From: Opitutales bacterium
Lineage (GTDB): Bacteria > Verrucomicrobiota > Verrucomicrobiia > Opitutales > JABSRG01
Assembly (NCBI GenBank): GCA_049599475.1
Contig: JBMYOQ010000007.1
Span: 32,001-96,000, forward strand
Direction of reading: 5' to 3'
Length of the DNA: 64,000 nucleotides
Shown here: positions 57,180 through 64,000 of the stretch, in pieces
Numbering within the stretch: position 1 is the first letter of the stretch
Layout of the letters: every line of letters begins with the position of its first letter
Notes under the pieces: model-generated
Told to the model about the DNA's origin: nothing
Seen by the model: only the letters and a program-made list of their open reading frames with translations
Database searches by the model: none
Translations under genes and position numbers: made by a program

Positions 57180-57264
57180 TGATCCGATTTTTGAGTAATT
57201 CTCGTAAGGTTCGGCGGACTTGCAAAAGAGGGCGTTCTGGAACGGCGCTGGCTGAAAGCATTTC

Positions 57265-57876
57265 GTGGAAGAGTTAAACGCCATTATTGTCGGAATTGGG
57301 CTTGCTGCCTCATGTGGCTTCCGAGTTTTCCTGCCCATGTTCGTAGCAAGTTTGGCTGCGAATACTGGAATCGACGCGTTTGGAGGTTTTAATTTCGAGG
57401 ACCTACTCGGGGAAAGCTATCAGTGGTTGGCAAGTACTCCGGTGACTATAACCTTGGGCGTGGCTACTGTTGTTGAGATTGGTAGCTATTATGTCCCGTG
57501 GATAGACAATTTACTGGATACGGTAGCGAGTCCATCTGCGGTGATCGCGGGCACCTTTTTATCAGGTGCGATGATGCCTGAGTTCGTGGGGGATGGAACA
57601 TTCAAATGGCTCGTGGCTCTGGTCTCTGGAGGAGGAACGGCTGGAATCGTGCAGAGCGCTACTGTCATAACGCGCGGAGCTTCCTCTGCGACCACGGGAG
57701 GAATCGGGAACCCGGTGGTGTCCACTGCGGAGCTAGGTGGTTCGATTGTTACGGCGGTTCTCGCTGTAGTGATACCTATCTTGTGCGCGATAGTTGTATC
57801 GATCTTATTGTTCTTCGTGCTGAGAACAATCTTCCGCTTTTTCAAGAAACGGAAAACCCCGGATCCTGCGGTCTAG
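57265..57876 (+). CDS. DUF4126 family membrane protein
   Basis: GIGLAASCGFRVFLP, YYVPWIDNLLD, TTGGIGNPVVSTAE. Confidence 0.88.
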   Translation: MEELNAIIVGIGLAASCGFRVFLPMFVASLAANTGIDAFGGFNFEDLLGESYQWLASTPVTITLGVATVVEIGSYYVPWIDNLLDTVASPSAVIAGTFLSGAMMPEFVGDGTFKWLVALVSGGGTAGIVQSATVITRGASSATTGGIGNPVVSTAELGGSIVTAVLAVVIPILCAIVVSILLFFVLRTIFRFFKKRKTPDPAV

Positions 57877-57884
57877 GCATCAGA

Positions 57885-58925
57885 TTACGCAAAGCGTCCG
57901 CAAATTTGTTCCCATAGAACAGCCGCGCGTTCGGCGAAAGTCGTGCGCACGCGATCGACTTCGGCCATGCGCGATTGAAGGTTTTGGTTCGCTATTTCTG
58001 CGAGATCTTTGAGATCATAGAGGAATACGTTGTCCATATCCTGTACGCTAGGATCGATGTCGCGCGGCATCGCTAAATCTATCAGAAAGTGCGGAATGTA
58101 GGGACGCTCGTTCTGCGCTTTTTCGATATCCTCACGGTGAAGGACGAGGTCTGGAGCGGACGTCGATGCCACGATGATATCGAAATCTGCCAGATGTTTG
58201 CTGAAATGTTTGAAGTCTAGAGCGGCTCCCGCAAAACGATCAGCCAGGGCCCGGGCGTTCTCATAAGTCCTGCTGCTCACTGTTATATGTTTCACGCCAC
58301 GGCCATGAAGAGCTTCGATCGTTTTTTCGGCGACTTCGCCGCTGCCGAGGACTAAGACGCGGCTCTTGTTGAGCTTGCCGTAAATGCGAGATGCCAGTTC
58401 GACGGCGACCATACCAATGCTGGTCTGTCCCTTGGCGATTCCGGTGTGCGTGCGTGCCCATTTGGCATGTTGGAATGACTTTTGAACAATGCGATTGAGG
58501 ACAGGGCCTACTGCAGATGTCTTCTGGGCCTGAGCGTATGAATCCTTTACCTGTCCCAGAATCTCGTTCTCCCCGACCATCATAGAATCCAGACCGGCCG
58601 AGACTTCGAAAATATGCTGGATTGCGGCATCGTTTTGTAGGGAAAAAGCCTTCTGCTCAAGAGCTCTCGGGTCCAGGCCTCGGAAGGAAGGTAGGTATGA
58701 GGCGAAATCGCGTGGCCCTTCGCTATCGCGACAGACCCCGTAGAGCTCGACGCGGTTGCATGTGTTTAGGAGCATACACTCTTCTACTCCGTTTAGTTCG
58801 CGGAAGTAGGCGTAGGCGTCCAGCATGCGGTCGGGCTCGATACTCAAGCTCGCTCTCAGGTCCTCGGGGGTGGTCTTATGGGTGGCTCCCCAGGCAAAAA
58901 GGTGAAGATTTGCGCTGCTAGCCAT
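57885..58925 (-). CDS. hemA: Glutamyl-tRNA reductase (short form lacking most of the C-terminal dimerisation domain)
   Basis: LNTCNRVELY, GLDSMMVGENEILGQVK, LGSGEVA, IDLAMPRDID. Confidence 0.95.
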   Translation of the reverse strand: MASSANLHLFAWGATHKTTPEDLRASLSIEPDRMLDAYAYFRELNGVEECMLLNTCNRVELYGVCRDSEGPRDFASYLPSFRGLDPRALEQKAFSLQNDAAIQHIFEVSAGLDSMMVGENEILGQVKDSYAQAQKTSAVGPVLNRIVQKSFQHAKWARTHTGIAKGQTSIGMVAVELASRIYGKLNKSRVLVLGSGEVAEKTIEALHGRGVKHITVSSRTYENARALADRFAGAALDFKHFSKHLADFDIIVASTSAPDLVLHREDIEKAQNERPYIPHFLIDLAMPRDIDPSVQDMDNVFLYDLKDLAEIANQNLQSRMAEVDRVRTTFAERAAVLWEQICGRFA

Positions 58926-59772
58926 TGGTTTCCAAGAGAGGTTGTTCTCCCAGTTCGTCCTTCGGATCGCCGCTTACGGGGCCGAGTGAAATGAGGAGAC
59001 CCGCAAACAGTGTAATGCTTGCCATTGCGAAGCGTTGCGGGCGGAGAATATTTCTCCACTTCAGGATAAACACGACAATGTAGGCAATCCAGAGGGCAGT
59101 CGTTACGCCAAACTTGCTAATCGACACCGTATCAGGGTCCTTCAAAATGAAGTTGAAGCCGACGCCCAGGGCGAATGTCATCAATATAATTCCGGTGATC
59201 AGAAGACGGCTGCCCACCATATCAAGCTCTTGGATTGATGGCAGAAAATTGAAAATGGGTTTGGAGCGTTTGGCTTTCAGGCCGCGTTGCTGGATCAAAA
59301 ACATGATCGAAATGAGAGCGAGCACTCCCAGCATTCCGTAGCTAAACATGGCTAAGGCTGCGTGTAGCTCGATCCATGGATTTCCACCGAAAACACGTTC
59401 TTCGTAAGAATAGTCCCATCCAGGCACAGCCAAAGATAGAATGTTCAAGATTGAGGCAAACCCTGCTACAAAGATCCCGAGCAGGTTTAATCGATAGAAG
59501 GGAAAGGTGACTAGAAAGAGAAAAACTGCGGACCAGGTCAGGAACTGAATGATTTCCATGGGATTGCCCAGGGGGCAGCCTCCTATCTCCTTGCCACGTA
59601 CGCTGAGAGCCATGAATTGGACAATGAATGCGCCCCAAAGTGCGATGTATTTTAGGGGCCTACCATAGCGTTCATTGCGGAACAGTTGCCCAAGCGAAAG
59701 CAGAAATACCCCAGTGTAAATAGCTGTGGATAAAACCAGGAGCGCTCGGTCGTCTGTGAACCAGTCTAGCAT
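58918..59772 (-). CDS. ccsA: Cytochrome c assembly protein (CcsA/YpjD-like)
   Basis: About 8 TM; GCPLGN, WIELHAALAMFSY, LPSIQELD; overlaps hemA. Confidence 0.8.
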   Translation of the reverse strand: MLDWFTDDRALLVLSTAIYTGVFLLSLGQLFRNERYGRPLKYIALWGAFIVQFMALSVRGKEIGGCPLGNPMEIIQFLTWSAVFLFLVTFPFYRLNLLGIFVAGFASILNILSLAVPGWDYSYEERVFGGNPWIELHAALAMFSYGMLGVLALISIMFLIQQRGLKAKRSKPIFNFLPSIQELDMVGSRLLITGIILMTFALGVGFNFILKDPDTVSISKFGVTTALWIAYIVVFILKWRNILRPQRFAMASITLFAGLLISLGPVSGDPKDELGEQPLLETNG

Positions 59773-59962
59773 ACTTGTAATCGAGAATATTAGCTCAGCG
59801 TGGGCCAAGCTTCAATATGAAATAAGTGAGCGTGGGGAAGAGGTGCAATCCCCATCGATGTCATCTGTAGAGGTTAGCTTATTCGAAGGAAGGAGTTCCG
59901 CTGAGTTGGAAGAGGTGCGTTTTCGAAACTGCCACCCCTTGTGGTCCTGATCAAAAATTTGT

Positions 59963-60652
59963 CTAGCTACAGAATGTATCCCATACGGAATCGGTATCCT
60001 CTAGGTTTTGAAATGTCACGCTGGGGGAGTGTTTTTCGAGCTCTACAAAAGTGGATTTACCCGTGGCGACGGCGAGGGTGCGGGCTTTGATGTGTTTTCC
60101 ACAGGATATGTCGTGGGGGGTGTCGCCGATCACCCAGATATCTTTGTCTTCGTTGAAGGCATTGCGTTCGGCAGCGGAATTTTTGGCTGCTTGAGCTATC
60201 TCATCGCGAATCGGAGAGACATTTGCGAAGCCACCAAAGGGGAAGAATTCCCAAAGACCGAAATGCTGCAGTTTTACTTGTGCTCCGGCGACCATATTGC
60301 CTGTAAGCAGACCTTGGGTGAATCGGGGGTCGGACGCCGCACGCTCAAGAAGCTTACGCACGCCGACGAGTTCGATCGCGGTTCCGGCTGCCATTTCCTC
60401 TACTAGATATTGGAGATATGCATCGACGACCTGAGCGATCGTTTCTGCGGATTTGGGAGCCCCGATGTGATCTATCAAGAGTTCGGAGATCATGCGGTCG
60501 GTTCTTCCTGAGTAGTCGATATCAGCCATACTCACAGTTTTTCCGAAGACCGTCTTGATTGCGCGTTCGAAGGAGCGCTCACCGGCTCCGCCGCTCCAAA
60601 TGAGTGTTCCATCGATATCCCATAAAAGGCAAATCTTGCGTTCCATAAGCAC
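59963..60652 (-). CDS. HAD-family hydrolase
   Basis: LWDIDGTL, GRTD, LLTGN, VIGDTPHD. Confidence 0.92.
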   Translation of the reverse strand: MLMERKICLLWDIDGTLIWSGGAGERSFERAIKTVFGKTVSMADIDYSGRTDRMISELLIDHIGAPKSAETIAQVVDAYLQYLVEEMAAGTAIELVGVRKLLERAASDPRFTQGLLTGNMVAGAQVKLQHFGLWEFFPFGGFANVSPIRDEIAQAAKNSAAERNAFNEDKDIWVIGDTPHDISCGKHIKARTLAVATGKSTFVELEKHSPSVTFQNLEDTDSVWDTFCS

Positions 60653-60675
60653 TCACTACAAAGCTGCATGTAAAG

Positions 60676-61137
60676 ATGGGGACAACTTCGAAATGCCTGA
60701 GCTTAGGTTGTGGATTGGCAATTGGGCTCTTTTTTACCGCGTGTGGGACCACTCAGGACCACCGTCGACGTCAGTATTCAGGAGCGTTTTCCGAGCAAGC
60801 GGTGTCCGTGCAAAATCTTATCGAGCAGGGTAAGATCTCCGTGGGTATGTCCCCGGAGGCTGTGTATGTTGCGCTCGGAGCCCCATTGAAAAACGGCATA
60901 GAGATGTTTATGCCCAATGTCCCGGAAAACGGATTTGATCGGTGGTATTACCGAGGCGTATTTGAACAGAGCGGGGAAACAGCAGGGGATGAGTGGATTC
61001 GTTTTCTGTCTCAATTCGAATCTGTTCTACCGCGTGCAGACGAATTACAATATCTCGTCGTCGACTTTTTGGACGCCGAAGTCGTGAAAGTTTGGTTGTT
61101 GGGGCAGGGAAGTGAGGTGATACGCGTTTGGGAGTGA
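60676..61137 (+). CDS. Hypothetical lipoprotein
   Basis: Lipobox FTAC; GMSPEAVYVALGAP (SmpA-like) motif. Confidence 0.7.
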   Translation: MGTTSKCLSLGCGLAIGLFFTACGTTQDHRRRQYSGAFSEQAVSVQNLIEQGKISVGMSPEAVYVALGAPLKNGIEMFMPNVPENGFDRWYYRGVFEQSGETAGDEWIRFLSQFESVLPRADELQYLVVDFLDAEVVKVWLLGQGSEVIRVWE

Positions 61138-61143
61138 CTCCGC

Positions 61144-61635
61144 TTAGGACAGTTCCTCGATGGTATAGTGTCCCGGGCGCAATTCTCCGTCGCTTAAAAT
61201 GCGTGCGCGTAAGCCTCCTTTACCTCTAAGGAATTTTTCTGCTCCTTCGGCGACGGCGTAATCCATCCAATAGCAGGGACGGCATTCCTCGACTCCGATA
61301 AACTGGATGCCTCCTAGCGAGAAAGTTTTACCGATTAGGGTATTTAGATCGATTCCGCGTGTTATGAGATTTCTGCGGAATTTGGCCGGGTCGATTTCTG
61401 GGATTTGTAATTCTTTCTCTAACACAGAAATTTGCTCGCGCTCAAGAAACGAGATTTGGCCTTTGTAGTTCTCCTTGTATCCAAAAAAACGATCACCTTC
61501 GATGCCCTGGCCTGTGCGGCATTGGACGGTTTTGGAGAGAACAGCAAGGTGTTGGCTGGGCTCCTTTCCGTGATGTCCAAAGAAATTATGACCGGGGGAG
61601 ATGTAGCAGGCTTCTATCTCTATTTGATGGTTCAT
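61144..61635 (-). CDS. MOSC domain protein
   Basis: GIEGDRF, FRRNLITRG, ECRPCYWM, GGLRARIL..G. Confidence 0.9.
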   Translation of the reverse strand: MNHQIEIEACYISPGHNFFGHHGKEPSQHLAVLSKTVQCRTGQGIEGDRFFGYKENYKGQISFLEREQISVLEKELQIPEIDPAKFRRNLITRGIDLNTLIGKTFSLGGIQFIGVEECRPCYWMDYAVAEGAEKFLRGKGGLRARILSDGELRPGHYTIEELS

Positions 61636-61647
61636 CTGAGAAATATA

Positions 61648-62262
61648 TTATGGGTTGGCTGGGTGCACCTGTTCCTTGATTTTTAGATACTCCTGGTGAG
61701 TATTGCATGAATGCAGCCACCTGGGATCCTCTGTATCAAGCATTAGAGTGTTCACTGATTGCAAGAACTTCCGTGGGCTGCGGAGGCCTTCTTGATAGGC
61801 TTGTTCTGCCGATTGGGTCGCTGAAGGTGTAAGGAGCGCTATTTGCGGGTCGGGAAACGAGGAATCGGTCGCTCGAAAGCACATTGCCTCCGCTGGTGAG
61901 GAATTGTTTTTTGGGGATTCGAGTAATTTAGATAGGGCTCTCGGGCTGACTAATGGGAGATCGCAAGTAAGCAAAAGCCAGTGTGCTGATGGAGCGATCT
62001 TATAAAGCTTGGACCAGGGATGAAACGGGCCAGCAGCTTCCTCAGTATCTATAATTGCCTTAGCGGTGGGTGCTGTGTCCCAACTCTGGCTGGTGTTTTT
62101 GGATATGAAAATATCACTACAGAATTTTTGAAGAATCTGTGCAGTCCATAGCCACTGTGCGGTCCCGTGGTAATTGAGTAATGCTTTGTCGTGGCCCATT
62201 CTCAGCGATTGGCCACCGGCTAGCACGATGCCATTGAGAAGATAGCCCCGAGGTGTATTCAT
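61648..62262 (-). CDS. mobA: Molybdenum cofactor guanylyltransferase
   Basis: VLAGGQSLRMGHDKA, TCDLP, NT..EY. Confidence 0.88.
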   Translation of the reverse strand: MNTPRGYLLNGIVLAGGQSLRMGHDKALLNYHGTAQWLWTAQILQKFCSDIFISKNTSQSWDTAPTAKAIIDTEEAAGPFHPWSKLYKIAPSAHWLLLTCDLPLVSPRALSKLLESPKNNSSPAEAMCFRATDSSFPDPQIALLTPSATQSAEQAYQEGLRSPRKFLQSVNTLMLDTEDPRWLHSCNTHQEYLKIKEQVHPANP

Positions 62263-63197
62263 TGAAATACGACAATCTCTGGGGTGATGCGTTGTCTGCA
62301 GCAGTCGTGGGCTAGGCCGATGAATGTTTCCTCTAGGAGATTGAGCTGACGTCCCTGAAGGGAAAGAATACCCCAGGTGCGGCTAATATTACCGTATGGT
62401 GTGGGGATGGTGTCGATCGTGCCATCAAACATCTCTTGGCTCAAAACCCATTCGGGGAGCAGGGCCACGCCTTGACCGATTTTTACGAGTTCTTTGATGG
62501 TTGATACGTTTCCAATTTCGGTAAAATTACGGATGTTGACTCCGTTTTCTCGGAAGAAATTCAGCATTTTCCGGTGCGTAAAGCTGGATTGAGCGTAGCA
62601 GAGGAAAGGGCTGTTTTCGATGTCGCGTCGGTTCAGGCGTTTGCGTTCTAGCCATGGATGGTTGGGCATGACGGCAAACACTAGATTGTCCGTGAAAATT
62701 TTCTGGAAGAAAAAGTCTTTATCTGCAGGGCCGCTCTCGAGCGATATGGCCAGATCCACTTCATTTCTCAGCAGGAGAGAAGGGATCATGGGAGAGTCCG
62801 CCGCGGTTAGCCGAATCTCGCATTGAGGAAAGCTCTCCTTGAATTCTCTCAAGATTTCAGGGACGAGATATTCGCAAATGGAGGCAGGTGCAGCAATGCG
62901 TAAGCGCCCAACTCCCCAGCTGTTGCGATTGCGTAAACGCTCTCGCGAGGAGTTCATCAGGTTCAAGATTTGCGTGGCGGAGCCGAGTAATGATTCACCC
63001 TGGACCGACAAAAACACCTTTTTTCCGATGCGTTCGAACAGTTTGCACCCTAGATCTTCCTCCAGTGATTTGATTGAGTGGCTGATCGCGGATTGGGTCA
63101 GATTGAGCAACTTAGCAGCTTGCGTGAAGTTCCGTGTTTCGGCGAGAGTGACGAAATTCACCAGCTGGCGACTATCTATGGGATGAAAGTTCTGCAT
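62259..63197 (-). CDS. LysR family transcriptional regulator
   Basis: FTQAAKLLNLTQSAISHSIKSLEEDLGCKLFER HTH plus substrate-binding domain. Confidence 0.96.
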   Translation of the reverse strand: MQNFHPIDSRQLVNFVTLAETRNFTQAAKLLNLTQSAISHSIKSLEEDLGCKLFERIGKKVFLSVQGESLLGSATQILNLMNSSRERLRNRNSWGVGRLRIAAPASICEYLVPEILREFKESFPQCEIRLTAADSPMIPSLLLRNEVDLAISLESGPADKDFFFQKIFTDNLVFAVMPNHPWLERKRLNRRDIENSPFLCYAQSSFTHRKMLNFFRENGVNIRNFTEIGNVSTIKELVKIGQGVALLPEWVLSQEMFDGTIDTIPTPYGNISRTWGILSLQGRQLNLLEETFIGLAHDCCRQRITPEIVVFQ

Positions 63198-63212
63198 GGT
63201 AGGCTCGCTTAA

Positions 63213-63229
63213 TTGGTTCGTTGCTTGCT
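63213..63229 (+). promoter_or_regulatory. Candidate sigma54 (-24/-12) promoter
   Basis: TTGGTTCGTTGCTTGCT: GG at 63215-16, exactly 10 nt, GC at 63227-28. Confidence 0.65.
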
Positions 63230-63280
63230 AAGTGGGTGATCAATCGATTCCACTCATGGATTAGATTAATTACGACAAAT

Positions 63281-64000
63281 TTGAAGACTTTTCTCAATAT
63301 AGGATACATTCAGTTGTGCGATGCCGCGCCAATCATTATGGCGGGCGAGCTCGGATATTTCAAAGATGAAGGCGTCGCCGTGAAATTGACGCGGGAAGTG
63401 GGCTGGGCCTCCATCATCAATAAGCTGATCATGGGCCAGCTTGATTTCGCACACGCACTTGGTACCGCACCGCTTGCGGCGACGGTGGGGATGAACAACC
63501 GTCCAGTGCCCTGTGGTACCGCTTTGGTGCTGAATGCTGGGGGAAATGGCATCACTCTGTCCAAGGCTGTTTGGGAGCGTGGGGTGAACAATGCGGAGGA
63601 TTTTCGGGCAGAAGTGCGCTCTTCGCGATGGTCTCGGACATATACTCTCGGGGTTGTGAGTCCGATTTCTACACACCGCTACATACTTTCCAAATGGTTG
63701 GAGTCCTGTAACCTGAAGGAAGGGGAGGATGTTCAGATTGTGACGATCCCCCCAGGGCAGGCTATGCGGAATCTGGCTGCTGGCACTCTGGATGGCTTTT
63801 GTGTGGGAGATCCTTGGCACTCTCTTGCTGTAAAGCAGGGAATCGGTTGGACGGTAGCGCTCGGCGAAGAGTTGGTGCCGGGGGCAGCGGAAAAAGTCCT
63901 GATGGTACGTAAAGAATTTGCCGAAAATAGAGCAGAGGAGCATGCCGCCGTCATCCGGGCTGTGCTCAGAGCCTGCGAGTATTGTCAGAATCCGGAAAAC
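63281..64000 (+). CDS. CmpA/NrtA-family nitrate-binding protein, NasS-like (partial, runs off the window; absent from the ORF track)
   Basis: My translation: MKTFLNIGYIQLCDAAPIIMAGELGYFKDEG...GWASIINKL..GQLDFAHAL...GNGITLS...VTIPPGQAM...GFCVGDPW; no signal peptide. Confidence 0.88.
   Translation, partial: MKTFLNIGYIQLCDAAPIIMAGELGYFKDEGVAVKLTREVGWASIINKLIMGQLDFAHALGTAPLAATVGMNNRPVPCGTALVLNAGGNGITLSKAVWERGVNNAEDFRAEVRSSRWSRTYTLGVVSPISTHRYILSKWLESCNLKEGEDVQIVTIPPGQAMRNLAAGTLDGFCVGDPWHSLAVKQGIGWTVALGEELVPGAAEKVLMVRKEFAENRAEEHAAVIRAVLRACEYCQNPEN

Noticed and set aside
57885..58925. hemA as a truncated pseudogene; thrS likewise
   Set aside because: All catalytic motifs are intact and no leftover coding fragment follows; short forms of both enzymes are known
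63266..63943. 225-aa minus-strand ORF
   Set aside because: Antisense shadow of the plus-strand NrtA/NasS-like gene

Overview
Bacterial chromosomal window, about 50 genes. The gene set suggests a flagellated Verrucomicrobiota/Opitutales-like organism; this is an inference from short hemA next to ccsA, short thrS and pilin-like motifs. Housekeeping genes include deoB (partial), mog, cdd, holA, lipB, thrS, hemH, tcdA, rpmI, rplT, ispH, pilT-like, hemA, ccsA and mobA. Four accessory loci stand out. (1) 32.7-41.0 kb: a tightly coupled five-gene operon whose exported products repeat the module set of anammox hydrazine synthase. It encodes an HzsA-like di-heme protein fused to a non-catalytic FGE/SUMF1 domain, a beta-propeller and a beta-propeller plus CCP/MauG-like di-heme protein, together with a Rid/chorismatase-like enzyme and an Fe-ADH. 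A RAYT transposase and GGGAG-REP palindromes bracket it. (2) 10.3-17.7 kb: a P-loop-degenerate dynamin-like membrane protein, a 605-aa alanine heptad coiled coil, an HPD-less J-like/ankyrin protein and a lidless, specialised Hsp70. (3) 2.2-7.8 kb: an ExbBD-TPR-FlgN-like operon, a truncated flagellin-like gene and sigma28-like promoters. (4) 61-64 kb: Moco and nitrate-sensing genes with a sigma54-like promoter. Three reading-frame breaks fall in accessory genes between 11.8 and 19.5 kb. I found no rRNA, tRNA or CRISPR array. All family calls come from motif recognition by eye, not from database searches.
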